A stretch of DNA of 64,000 nt from a virus (taxonomy: Duplodnaviria > Caudoviricetes), in IMG/VR virus record IMGVR_UViG_3300032226_000829; one strand, given 5' to 3'. Shown in pieces: positions 45,826 through 56,427 of the stretch. A program made the translations under genes and the position numbers. Below the pieces are notes generated by a model. The model saw nothing but the letters and a program-made list of their open reading frames with translations. It made no database searches and was not told the origin of the DNA. Within the stretch, counting starts at the first letter, position 1. Each line of letters begins with the position of its first letter.

Positions 45826-45828
45826 CAC

Positions 45829-48800
45829 ATGGCCAAACAGAATATCAATATCGGAGTGGAAGGTAACGACGGTACCGGCGATAGTATTCGCGATGCGTTT
45901 AGGAAAGCGAATGAAAACTTCACGGAACTTTATGCAGTTTTTGGACAAGGTGGACAGATTGCTTTCACATCACTGAGTGACACTCCTGACACACTGGGCA
46001 TATTCAAACTGCCTATCAGCAACAGCACCGGCACAGAATTAGAAATGAGATCATTGTCTGGTGGTGTGGGTATCTCTGTGAGTTTAGCCACAGCAGGTCA
46101 GATTGTGATCAGCAACACCGGCAGTGAGTTGGTGGATGACCTTTCACCCAGTCTAGGAGGTCCGCTGAATGCCAATGGGTTTGCAGTGGGCAACGCAGAA
46201 GTCACCAGCCAAGCAGTGAGCAATTTTAATTCCACACATGGAACCAACATCACCATAGATGAATTATTAATCACCAAAGGCTACGCAGATCAAAGATATA
46301 TCAAACTGGGTGGAGGAGCATCAGGAGCAGCAGGTCAGATACGAGTGAGAAGTGAGCCTGTGGATGCCACAGCCTACACCAAGACCATCTCCAGCTACTC
46401 TGCAGGCAACGCAGTGGTCACAGCTCACGGTTTTGACAGCAGTGTGAATGGTTTAGAAGTAATTTACAACACCACTGGTTCTGCTGCTTCAGGATTGGTG
46501 AATGGCAGCACATATTACATCAGATATGTGAATGATAATCAATTAAGTTTTCACGCTAGTTTTGCTCAAGCCACCAACAATGATGACGTTACCAGAATAA
46601 AAATCACTGTGGCAGGCGGCACAGGCACACAGACATTCACTGATGCTGCTTATGATGACACACTGGCAGGATTCTTCCTCAGCGATGAGGCCATGCCAAG
46701 AGAATCTATTGTGAGACGTCAAGGAGACACCATGACTGGTGCTCTTTATCTGCATGACCATCCAGGAGATTTGTCAGGATTAGGCGCACCCAATGGTACA
46801 GATGATTTACAAGCAGCCACTAAATTTTATGTGGACAACACCAGTTATGCTTCAGAGTCCAATCTATTTGTGAGCACTAGAGGTGATGACAGAATGGATG
46901 GTGTGCCACCAGATAAGGTAGGCAGATCATTCAGTTACGCATACAAAAGTATCAATGCTGCTTGTGTAAAAGCTGAAGAAATCATGCTGGCCACTCCAGT
47001 AGAGTTAGGACCTTACACTCAGACCATCACTTATGATGATGGAGCCAGTGATTCCATAGTGGTCACAGAAGGTGTCACCAGCGGCAGCGGTTACAACAAT
47101 GTGAAATTGTTGATAGACGCCAACAGAACATTCATTATCAAACAGATGATAGGCTTTGTGAATGCTACCTATCCCAACTTTACCTATGATGAATTGATTT
47201 GTGAAAGAGATTTAGGATATATTCTGGATGGTATTGTGATTGATGTGTTGGCAGATCTCAATTCCAATGTTCGCAGCATTCAAGCAGGTATCAGATACTA
47301 CAGCAATGTGAGTGCTGCCAAGGCCATCAATCAGCAACTCACAGAAACACTGGCAGGTATCAACTATGCCAAAAGCATCACCAACACTGTGTTACAAAAT
47401 AATGCTGTGACCCCTATCTACAACGCTGGCTTCACTCAAACATTTGATGCGCCCAGCACTGTGAACTCCACAGGTAGATCATCAGTGGGAGCAAAATTTG
47501 ACATCATCACCAACATCATTCAGAATGGTATCAGCAGTGCTCCACCAGAAGTGGAAGGCAGCACATACACCATGACCATCAGCAATGGTGGATTTGGCAA
47601 TGTGGATCAAAATGATCCCAGCAATCAAGATTTGATTCCAGGCAAATTGATCCGAGGCAAGACCACTGGTGCCATAGGCAGAATTGTTTCTGTCGCAGCA
47701 GGCGGCGCAGCAGACACAGTGCAAGTGATATTGATTGAACCATTGGAGTTTTTAGTGGGTGAAGGTTTGGAATTTGCTTCACAATTCAAACGCAACAACA
47801 TCACCATCAGAGTGGAGAGCGGTACCTATCTGGAAGATTTCCCCATCAGAGTGCCAGATGGAGTCAGCATCAAAGGTGATGAATTTAGACGAGTGATCAT
47901 TCGACCCAAGAATAGAATTTCACAATCTCAGTTTGCCAACACATATTTCTACAGAGATTTAGTGATAGATGGTCTCACAGTGACCACCACCAACTTTGGA
48001 CGTCACTATCTAGTGAATCCCACTGCAGTGGTCAACACTGGTGTCAATTATACGAACGTGGGTGGCTATGACACTCAGGCCTTGACCATATTAAATGCCA
48101 AACCTGCCATACAGAATGCTGTGGTGAGTTATGTGAATTCATTGTTGAGTCCCAGCTCGTTGAATGCTGCCAATGAAGCAAGGAATCGCAGAGAGACTGG
48201 TACAATTGTGGATGCCATATTTTCAGATTTGAAGACTGGTGGCAATGAAAAAATATTGGAAGTGCAAGGCAACTTCTACAACTCAGGACTGATTGCTCAA
48301 GAGCAAGCAGGCATCAGCTACATTGCTACCTATATCAATGCCTCAGTGATTGCATCTGCTTCTGCAACCATTAAAAACATTGTCACCGCACAGATGGCTC
48401 GTGTGGTGTATGCATTCAATGGTTCATACAATCCTCCCAAACACAACAGAAACATGGATATGTTCCTCATGGGAGAAGCTACCATTTTGAGAAATATCAG
48501 TTCGCAAGGTCAAGGTGGATTCATGTGCGTGTTTGATCCTGCTTCACAAATTTTAAACAAATCACCTTACATTCAAACAGCTTCCAGTTTTTCTGCCAGC
48601 ATCAACACTCAAGCATTCCGAGGTGGTATGTTTGTGGATGGTTCATGCGGCAACATACCCATCAACATCACCAATGTGGTTAACCCATTCGAATTGGATG
48701 TGGACAGCAACGCTGGTCAAGGATTATTCATAAGAAAACCACTCACTCCCACTGCGTTCTATATTGATGGTGTGAGATATCAAGTGGATGCGATCAAAAA

Positions 48801-51800
48801 TTATGACGGACCAGCAGGCACAGCAACTTTATTGTTGAATGCCAGCAGCAATGGCGGATCAGGCTTTGTGATCACTTCACCCATTCCTTACACCACTATT
48901 CTGCAGACAGCAGGCAATAGATCCATGTTGGCCAATGACTTCACACAAGTGAACGATTTGGGTTATGGTCTTTTGGTTACCAATGGTGCATTGTCTGAAC
49001 AAGTGAGCACATTCACTTACTACTGTCATGCTGCCTACATGGCATTGAATGGAGGACAGATCAGATCTTTGAACGGCAGTAATGCCAATGGTGTGTATGG
49101 ATTAGTGGCTCAAGGTTCAGATCCTTTGGAAGTTCCAGATGATGTGGATCTGGTACGCAACATGGCACAAGTGGCCAAAGTGTATGATGATGGAGCCACC
49201 TATGATCACCCATTGCTGGCACTGAGCATTTATGTGTACGATTTAGAATATGTACCTCACAACAGATCTGAAATTGAAATAGATCACGATCCTTTGGATT
49301 CATCTGTGACTCTGGGCATACAAAGATATGAAGTGGCCAGTGTGGAATTGGTATCACCACCCATCACTGTGACAGGTCCTTCTGTCACACGTAATGGCAC
49401 AGTGTACAAATTAAATCTCAGCACTGCCGGCACTGACAATGCTTCCACCACAGGACTCAAAGCAGTGTTGTCTAATCAACAGAACGTGACCATCAGAGCC
49501 AGTCAATCGCATCAATTCAGCAACGTGGGCAATGTGTCTCCCACACGTCCCAGCACAGCATTGGTATTTTATGATGACACCACTGATGTAGTTTATAGAA
49601 CCACAGCATTCAACACCACCAACGCAGTGGGCACAGCATTGCCATCCAACAACGTGATTGCTTCTTTTGATACCACATTTGATTCTGTAAGATTACAAAT
49701 ACGACCAGCATCAGCTGTGTTAACTACCTACGCTGGCACAGGAACTACCATGGGAGCCACAGCAGGCGACGTGGTGTTGGCCATTGAACAAATCACTGAA
49801 GCTGTGGACATTACCAGATTGAACACAGGCAACATGAGCTTTGGTTGGGCAGGTAAAACACACAGAGTCACAGGCTATGTGGACCGAGGCACTTATGCCA
49901 CTGTGAGCATTGTGGATATCAGCAATATCAATACCTCAGGACCAGCAGCGGGAATTCAAGAAACATTGGTGCGTGGTGCTGGCACAGAAAACATTGTGTT
50001 GCGTTGCGGACTATTGGCTGGTGCCAATGCAGACATCACAGTGAAAATTTCCACCTGTAGAGCCACAGGACACGATTTCTTAGACATTGGCACAGGATCA
50101 TTCAACAACAGCAACTACCCCAATAATATTTTTGGTGATCCCACAGCATTGCCTGCACAAGAAAATGAAGTGGATGAACGAGGCAAAGGTAGAGTGTTCT
50201 ATGTGAGCACCGATCAAGACGGTGTGTTTAGAGTGGGTAGATTCTTCACAGTGGATCAAGGCACTGGATCAGTCACATTCTCAGCTTCAATTGCACTCAG
50301 CAACTTGGATGGATTAGGATTCAAACGAGGTGTGGTAGCATCAGAATTCAGCACAGACTCTGCTATGACAGACAATGCTTCGGATACCATACCCACAGAA
50401 TCAGCTGTGCGTGGTTACGTGGATAGAAGATTACATTACACACAAGGCAGTTCATTGGTGGGCAATCCTATTGGACCTGGTGCAATAGCCAGAGATGGAA
50501 CCACCAGTTTCACTGCTGATATCAGTGCAGGCGGATTCAAACTGATCACATTGGGCGCTCCCACTTCATCACAGGATGCTGCCAACAAAGCCTATGTGGA
50601 TCAAACATTGTATGCCAGTGATCAGGTAGAAAATTTAAGAAATGTGGACATTGCAGGGTTTGCTGCCAATCAGATATTGGTGTTCAATGGCAGACTTAGA
50701 ATATTCACCACACCAGAAACAGGCGGATTGTTTGCAGTGGGCAACACCATCACAGGCAGCAGCACAGGCACAGTGGCCACCATAGTGGATTATGAATCAG
50801 TGGTATTGCCGGGCGCATTGAATGCAAGACGCATAACTTTTGCATCAGTGTCAGGTCCTGGCTTCAGCACATTGGATTCTATCAGCACAGGTGGTGGGGT
50901 ATCAGCACAAATAATTGATGGTCCAATGAATGAATTGGCCAATGGAGTGATGAGTGGCAGTACAGATATTTCAATCACAGCCACAAGAAGCACTGCACAA
51001 ACAGATTTAAATTTACAAATAGTAGCTGGCAGCATCATCAATGCAGATGTGAACGCAGCCGCAGCCATTCAGCAGAGCAAGTTGGCCATGACAGCTGCCA
51101 CCACCAGAGTGAACGCCACAGGCATCAGTCAGGCAGATCTTGGATTGGCCAGCTTTGATTCCAGCACTTTCACAGTGACCAACGGCTGGGTGCAGATTGA
51201 TTCAGGTGATTTGGCCATCAGCAAGATTGAGAACATGGCCACTGACACAGTGATAGGTCGCAGTGCAGCTGGCACAGGAGCTCCCAGCGCCATAGCATTC
51301 AGCACAGTGATCAGTGATGGTGGAGGATTAGAAGATGGAGATTTTGCCACAGAATTACTGGCTGCATTGGATCCAGGAGAAGCACTGATCAAAACAGGTG
51401 CCACTTCATATGCTCGAACCAATGTGAGCACCTCAGGCGAAGTGAACAGTATTATTAAATCAGATGCCACAGGCATTGTGGATGTGGCAGCATTGAAGTT
51501 GGATGGACAACTGTTGATAGACAGCAACACCGGCACCAACACTTCGCTGTTCTACACCAGAGGCAGCGTTAATTTTTTACAAGCAGTGGGCAATACCACT
51601 GCCAACACCACACTCACATTCACAGGTAGAAAATTTCAATTTGGTGGTAGCACAGTGCCCAATTCACCCACTGCTGATGCACTGCAGAGCGCGGCATTGA
51701 ATGAAGGCCGAGGCATAGCCACACCTCACTTGTTCACAAAATTCATTGAAACAGATTCAGTGGAATCAGGCGGCACAGGTATAGCACTGGGAGCAGGTGG

Positions 51801-52386
51801 CAGCACATTGGCTGGCGCAGGCAAGATCAGTATTGTGTTGGCAGGAGCAGTGCCATTCATATTTGCAGGTGATGCAGACGATTCCACTATCACCACACCA
51901 GGAGTTTATCCTGACGCAACTGACACATACACCATTGGTAATGCTTCGGCCAGATACAAAACAATTTTTGCTGAAGTGTTCCACGGCACAGCAACCAACG
52001 CATTGTACGCAGATTTGGCAGAGAAATATTTGGCAGACCAGGAATATGATTCGGGCACTGTGTTGCAGTTTGGTGGTGACAAAGAAGTTACCATCACCAC
52101 AGAAGCCAACACCAACAAGATAGCAGGTGTGGTGACCACAGCACCAGCATTTTTGATGAATGATCAATTGAATGAAGAGAACACAGTGGCAGTGGCACTG
52201 CAGGGTCGTGTGCCATGCAAGGTGATTGGAAAAATTGCCAAAGGTGACATGCTGGTGGCCAGTGCAATGTCAGGTGTGGCCTGTGCAGCTGAAGGTGAAA
52301 TTAAAATAGGCACAGTGATTGGTAAATCGCTGGAGCATTATGATTCAGATCAAGTGGGTGTGATTGAGATTGCGATAGGTAGATAA
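45829..52386 (+). CDS. Very large baseplate/tail protein (2185 aa), gp9/gp10-like N-terminus, C-terminal autoproteolytic-chaperone-like domain
   Basis: INIG..GNDGTGD.IRDAF.K.N.NF.ELY N-terminus; C-terminal YADLAEKY...GVV.T.PA.LMN...VALQGRVPCKV. Confidence 0.8.
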   Translation: MAKQNINIGVEGNDGTGDSIRDAFRKANENFTELYAVFGQGGQIAFTSLSDTPDTLGIFKLPISNSTGTELEMRSLSGGVGISVSLATAGQIVISNTGSELVDDLSPSLGGPLNANGFAVGNAEVTSQAVSNFNSTHGTNITIDELLITKGYADQRYIKLGGGASGAAGQIRVRSEPVDATAYTKTISSYSAGNAVVTAHGFDSSVNGLEVIYNTTGSAASGLVNGSTYYIRYVNDNQLSFHASFAQATNNDDVTRIKITVAGGTGTQTFTDAAYDDTLAGFFLSDEAMPRESIVRRQGDTMTGALYLHDHPGDLSGLGAPNGTDDLQAATKFYVDNTSYASESNLFVSTRGDDRMDGVPPDKVGRSFSYAYKSINAACVKAEEIMLATPVELGPYTQTITYDDGASDSIVVTEGVTSGSGYNNVKLLIDANRTFIIKQMIGFVNATYPNFTYDELICERDLGYILDGIVIDVLADLNSNVRSIQAGIRYYSNVSAAKAINQQLTETLAGINYAKSITNTVLQNNAVTPIYNAGFTQTFDAPSTVNSTGRSSVGAKFDIITNIIQNGISSAPPEVEGSTYTMTISNGGFGNVDQNDPSNQDLIPGKLIRGKTTGAIGRIVSVAAGGAADTVQVILIEPLEFLVGEGLEFASQFKRNNITIRVESGTYLEDFPIRVPDGVSIKGDEFRRVIIRPKNRISQSQFANTYFYRDLVIDGLTVTTTNFGRHYLVNPTAVVNTGVNYTNVGGYDTQALTILNAKPAIQNAVVSYVNSLLSPSSLNAANEARNRRETGTIVDAIFSDLKTGGNEKILEVQGNFYNSGLIAQEQAGISYIATYINASVIASASATIKNIVTAQMARVVYAFNGSYNPPKHNRNMDMFLMGEATILRNISSQGQGGFMCVFDPASQILNKSPYIQTASSFSASINTQAFRGGMFVDGSCGNIPINITNVVNPFELDVDSNAGQGLFIRKPLTPTAFYIDGVRYQVDAIKNYDGPAGTATLLLNASSNGGSGFVITSPIPYTTILQTAGNRSMLANDFTQVNDLGYGLLVTNGALSEQVSTFTYYCHAAYMALNGGQIRSLNGSNANGVYGLVAQGSDPLEVPDDVDLVRNMAQVAKVYDDGATYDHPLLALSIYVYDLEYVPHNRSEIEIDHDPLDSSVTLGIQRYEVASVELVSPPITVTGPSVTRNGTVYKLNLSTAGTDNASTTGLKAVLSNQQNVTIRASQSHQFSNVGNVSPTRPSTALVFYDDTTDVVYRTTAFNTTNAVGTALPSNNVIASFDTTFDSVRLQIRPASAVLTTYAGTGTTMGATAGDVVLAIEQITEAVDITRLNTGNMSFGWAGKTHRVTGYVDRGTYATVSIVDISNINTSGPAAGIQETLVRGAGTENIVLRCGLLAGANADITVKISTCRATGHDFLDIGTGSFNNSNYPNNIFGDPTALPAQENEVDERGKGRVFYVSTDQDGVFRVGRFFTVDQGTGSVTFSASIALSNLDGLGFKRGVVASEFSTDSAMTDNASDTIPTESAVRGYVDRRLHYTQGSSLVGNPIGPGAIARDGTTSFTADISAGGFKLITLGAPTSSQDAANKAYVDQTLYASDQVENLRNVDIAGFAANQILVFNGRLRIFTTPETGGLFAVGNTITGSSTGTVATIVDYESVVLPGALNARRITFASVSGPGFSTLDSISTGGGVSAQIIDGPMNELANGVMSGSTDISITATRSTAQTDLNLQIVAGSIINADVNAAAAIQQSKLAMTAATTRVNATGISQADLGLASFDSSTFTVTNGWVQIDSGDLAISKIENMATDTVIGRSAAGTGAPSAIAFSTVISDGGGLEDGDFATELLAALDPGEALIKTGATSYARTNVSTSGEVNSIIKSDATGIVDVAALKLDGQLLIDSNTGTNTSLFYTRGSVNFLQAVGNTTANTTLTFTGRKFQFGGSTVPNSPTADALQSAALNEGRGIATPHLFTKFIETDSVESGGTGIALGAGGSTLAGAGKISIVLAGAVPFIFAGDADDSTITTPGVYPDATDTYTIGNASARYKTIFAEVFHGTATNALYADLAEKYLADQEYDSGTVLQFGGDKEVTITTEANTNKIAGVVTTAPAFLMNDQLNEENTVAVALQGRVPCKVIGKIAKGDMLVASAMSGVACAAEGEIKIGTVIGKSLEHYDSDQVGVIEIAIGR

Positions 52387-52387
52387 C

Positions 52388-52639
52388 ATGGCCAAACAAA
52401 CAGTGAACATAGGCACATCTGCGAACAAGGGCAATGGTGATCCTTTACGCACAGCGTTCACAAAAATCAATCAAAACTTTACAGAATTGTACGTGCAAGA
52501 TGTTCCAGCTACCAGTGCTGGAAAAACAGGTGACGTTAAAGGTATGCTAGCTGTTGACACATCTTATCTTTACGTGTGTTTTAAAAATTATGACGGCGCC
52601 GGAGCAATTTGGAAACGTATTGCTCTAGCAAGTTTTTAA
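52388..52639 (+). CDS. Small tail/baseplate protein with gp9/gp10-like N-terminus
   Basis: MAKQTVNIGTSANKGNGDPLRTAF; YLYVC....W.R C-terminus. Confidence 0.7.
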   Translation: MAKQTVNIGTSANKGNGDPLRTAFTKINQNFTELYVQDVPATSAGKTGDVKGMLAVDTSYLYVCFKNYDGAGAIWKRIALASF

Positions 52640-52652
52640 CAAAGGATAAATT

Positions 52653-54749
52653 ATGGCAAATAGAATACCACTCATAGTAGACACCGGAGACGGCAACAAG
52701 ATCAAAGAGTTGCCCATAGGTGATAATTTAGATCTCACAGGCTCAGGCATCAGTGGTGCCAGCAGCATTCAAGCCAATTCTATGGCCACCACCACTGGCA
52801 GCATTGGCACACTCACTAGCAATAATATCACTGTGAACACCACAGCTGATTTGGGCAATGTGTCAGGTCTCACCATAGAAGGCGGCACAGTGGGTCAGGT
52901 GTTGACCACAGATGGCACCGGAGTACTCAGCTGGAGCACATTGGGCAACTACGATCAAAGTCTCAACACCACTGACAATGTACAATTTAATTTTATCAAT
53001 GCTAGAAGATTGGAAGCACCCATCAATGTCACTGCTGAGATACGCACCAGCAGCACAGGCAGTGGTGTAAAAACTTGGCAATTCAGCAGCGTGGGCAATT
53101 TAACTCTGCCAGCAGGTGGTGACATACGCAACAGCGATGGAAATTCCATCATAGGTTACACCAGTATTCAATCAGATGTGTTGGCAGACACCAACAACAC
53201 CAGAGACATAGGATCCAGTGCAGTAAAATGGGCTGAAGGACATTTCACCAATCTATACGGCACACTCACAGGCAATGTGGTGGGCAATGTCACTGGCAAT
53301 GTCACAGGCAATTTAACAGGCACAGCAGATGTGGCCACCACAGTGGCACTGACAGCCACCAACACCACCAATGCCACTCATTTTCCCATTTTTGTGGACT
53401 CTGCCACTGGCAATGAATCCATCAGAACCGACACAGGTTATACCTACAATCCCAGCACAGGAGTGATCAGCAGCACTGGTGTGTCAGTCACAGATGCCAC
53501 AGTGTCCGGCACTGCCTACAGTTTCAATATCAGTTCCACAGGCACTGCCAACCTGACCACAGTGAATGTGGGCAACACACTGTCAGTCACTGCAGGTATA
53601 GAAGGAGATCTCACAGGTTCTGTGTATTCAGACAATTCCACACAGATGATCAATGGTGTCACTGGCAAAGTGGTAGGACCCATAGAAGTCAACATTGCCA
53701 ACATCAGCATCACAGGAGGCACGCCCAACCAAGTGATCAAAACCAATGGTTCGGGAGTTTTGAGTTTTGTGGATCAAATAGGTGGTGGAGGTGGAGGTGG
53801 ACCAGTGGCATTGGATGATCTCACAGATGTCACTATCACTTCAGCAGCCAATGGACAGATTTTAAAATACAATGGAGCAGCCTGGGTCAACAGTGTGGTG
53901 CCCATCAATACTTTTGGCATCATTGCCACCACAGGATCAGCAGTGACCATCACTCCCGCAACCTTGGATGACACATTCACTTTCACAGCAGGCACAGGCA
54001 TCAGCATCGCACCCACTGCATTGAGCAAGACTTTGACCATCACCAACTCTGCTCCCAATGTGACACAAAATGTATTCACCACCATAGCAGTGGCAGGACA
54101 ATCATCAGTGGTGGCAGACACCAGCACAGACACATTAACATTGGTGGCTGGCAACAATGTGACCATTACCACCAGTGACAGCACAGACACTGTGACCATC
54201 AATGCCACTCATCCCAACACATTCACCAACATAGCAGTGGCAGGACAGAATTCACTGCTGGCAGACAATGTGAATGACACTCTGACAATCACAGCTGGTT
54301 CAGGCATCACTATCACCACCAGTGACAGCACAGACACCATCACCATTGCTGCCACAGCAGTGAGTGGATTGGAGAGCAGAAGCACAGCCGCAGGCACCAC
54401 CAGTTCATTGGCCAACACAGCTTCAGCGGATTTAAACATCACAGGATTCAAAGGATATGCTCTTTTAAAAATTCAAACATCAGTGGCTGCCTGGGTGAGA
54501 TTGTATACTGATGCTGCTAGTCGTTCCTCAGATTCAAGCAGACTGGAGACTGTGGATCCCACAGCAGGATCAGGAGTAATTGCAGAAGTGATCACCACAG
54601 GTGGACAGACCATACTGATGTCACCAGGAGTGTTAGGATTCAATAATGAAACATCACCCACAACCACCATCCCTGTGAGAGTGACCAACAAAAGTGGCAG
54701 CACTGCTGCTATCACAGTGACATTGACCTTGATAAAATTGGAGGCATAA
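52653..54749 (+). CDS. Tail-fibre-like protein
   Basis: 698 aa, Thr/Gly-rich; GQVL.T.G.G.LS(W/F) repeats, LDDLTDV, ADT..DTLTL repeats. Confidence 0.75.
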   Translation: MANRIPLIVDTGDGNKIKELPIGDNLDLTGSGISGASSIQANSMATTTGSIGTLTSNNITVNTTADLGNVSGLTIEGGTVGQVLTTDGTGVLSWSTLGNYDQSLNTTDNVQFNFINARRLEAPINVTAEIRTSSTGSGVKTWQFSSVGNLTLPAGGDIRNSDGNSIIGYTSIQSDVLADTNNTRDIGSSAVKWAEGHFTNLYGTLTGNVVGNVTGNVTGNLTGTADVATTVALTATNTTNATHFPIFVDSATGNESIRTDTGYTYNPSTGVISSTGVSVTDATVSGTAYSFNISSTGTANLTTVNVGNTLSVTAGIEGDLTGSVYSDNSTQMINGVTGKVVGPIEVNIANISITGGTPNQVIKTNGSGVLSFVDQIGGGGGGGPVALDDLTDVTITSAANGQILKYNGAAWVNSVVPINTFGIIATTGSAVTITPATLDDTFTFTAGTGISIAPTALSKTLTITNSAPNVTQNVFTTIAVAGQSSVVADTSTDTLTLVAGNNVTITTSDSTDTVTINATHPNTFTNIAVAGQNSLLADNVNDTLTITAGSGITITTSDSTDTITIAATAVSGLESRSTAAGTTSSLANTASADLNITGFKGYALLKIQTSVAAWVRLYTDAASRSSDSSRLETVDPTAGSGVIAEVITTGGQTILMSPGVLGFNNETSPTTTIPVRVTNKSGSTAAITVTLTLIKLEA
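54060..54355 (+). repeat. Two intragenic direct repeats (~48 codons) in the tail-fibre gene
   Basis: ttcacca(c/a)catagcagtggcaggaca and accaccagtgacagcacagacac each occur twice. Confidence 0.8.
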
Positions 54750-54750
54750 C

Positions 54751-56403
54751 ATGTCAGACATGAAAGAATATGTGGTCACTGTGCGTAACCGTTCAGACAT
54801 AGACAGTTTCTATGATGACATGGAGAGCGTGGGCGGAGATCTACACATTCCCAATCGCAGAGTGGAAATAACAGCACTAAGAGAGATTAGTAGAAGTACA
54901 GATTATCTTTTAACTGATCAAGAAGCAGAATTATTACGTAAAGATCCTAGAATACTAGATGTTTTATTAAAAGAATCTATTAAGACTGCTAAACCTAGTT
55001 TTACACAAACAGGAAATTTTGATAAATCTAGTGTTAATAATAATACGCATATAAATTGGGCTTTATTAAGATGTGAAGAAGGAGTACAAAGATCAAATTG
55101 GGGAGGTTCTGGTTGGTCAGGTAATCAGATAGTTGGAAATACAAATCAATCAGCAACTGTTTCTATCACAGGACAAGGAGCACATGTTGACGTAGTAATT
55201 GTGGATGGACATCTAAATCCTAATCATCCAGAATTTGCTGTCAATGCAGATGGTACAGGTGGCAGTAGAGTAATACAGTATAATTGGTTTCAACATAACC
55301 CTTCAGTGACATTTGGCTCTGTTGGAAATTATCTTTATACTGTGGGAGTAAGTGGTACACAGTTAAGTGATGACAATCACGGCATGCACGTGGCTGGCAC
55401 CGTGGCTGGCAACACTCAAGGTTGGGCTAGAAAAGCCAATATTTACAATATTAATCCATATGGTACTAATCCTAATGGTAATATAGTTTCTTACATAGTG
55501 GATTATATTAGACAATTTCATCTTAATAAATCAATTAACCCTGTCACCGGTCGTAAAAATCCCACAATAGTCAATAACAGTTGGGCATTTATTGGTGCCT
55601 CTTATCTACCTAATCAAATTAGTTCTGTTACATATAGAGGAACCACATATAATGGTCCTTTCAATTTAAACACATTGAAGAATTCCTATGGAATTCTTAA
55701 TGATGGAACATATGCTTACACTCCTGGTGTGATTTATAGTTTCATAAACGCTGAAATAGAAGATGCTATTGATGATGGTATAATAATTGTAGCAGCAGCA
55801 GGAAATGAATATTATAAAGTTGATGCTTACGGTGGATCTGATTATAATAATTTTATGACGGCTAATGGCTTTATAGAATATTATCACAGAGGAAGTCATC
55901 CTGGATCTGCTTACAGATCTGACAACACAAGAACTACAATAACCGTTGGTGCTTTAGATGCTACTGTGAACGAATACAAAACGGAATTTAGTAATTGTGG
56001 AGCAAGAATAGATGTTTATGCTCCTGGGGCTTTTATTATGAGCAGTGTACATACTGGTGGAACAACTGATTCTAGAAATAATGTCTATAGATTAGAAAAA
56101 TACAGTGGAACTAGCATGGCTAGTCCGCAAGTAACAGGAGTTTTAGCCTGTGCATTAGAAAAATTTCCAAATATGTCTAATGATGAAGCGTTAAATTATT
56201 TAAGTGCTTATAGCAAATTAAATCAGGTAGCTGACACAGGTGGAGGATATGGTGATTATAGGTCATTACAAGGGTCAACAAATAGATATTTGTTTTTTAA
56301 AAAAGAAAGACCTTTGTTAGGCGATATATCACTTAATACATTCAAAACCAGGCAATCCACAGGTGCTGCTTACCCAAGAACACGGATCAGAAGATTTGGT
56401 TAA
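54751..56403 (+). CDS. Subtilisin-like S8 serine protease with N-terminal prodomain
   Basis: Triad DVVIVDG / HGMHVAGT / GTSMASPQV; AAAGN oxyanion motif. Confidence 0.92.
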   Translation: MSDMKEYVVTVRNRSDIDSFYDDMESVGGDLHIPNRRVEITALREISRSTDYLLTDQEAELLRKDPRILDVLLKESIKTAKPSFTQTGNFDKSSVNNNTHINWALLRCEEGVQRSNWGGSGWSGNQIVGNTNQSATVSITGQGAHVDVVIVDGHLNPNHPEFAVNADGTGGSRVIQYNWFQHNPSVTFGSVGNYLYTVGVSGTQLSDDNHGMHVAGTVAGNTQGWARKANIYNINPYGTNPNGNIVSYIVDYIRQFHLNKSINPVTGRKNPTIVNNSWAFIGASYLPNQISSVTYRGTTYNGPFNLNTLKNSYGILNDGTYAYTPGVIYSFINAEIEDAIDDGIIIVAAAGNEYYKVDAYGGSDYNNFMTANGFIEYYHRGSHPGSAYRSDNTRTTITVGALDATVNEYKTEFSNCGARIDVYAPGAFIMSSVHTGGTTDSRNNVYRLEKYSGTSMASPQVTGVLACALEKFPNMSNDEALNYLSAYSKLNQVADTGGGYGDYRSLQGSTNRYLFFKKERPLLGDISLNTFKTRQSTGAAYPRTRIRRFG

Positions 56404-56427
56404 AAACACAGAAAGATAAATACTGAT

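Noticed and set aside
54060-54355. Direct repeats in the tail-fibre gene, plus an Mtd-N-like domain at 15359, as a diversity-generating retroelement
   Set aside because: Both copies are in-frame coding repeats, differences are not confined to adenines, and no reverse transcriptase is in the window.
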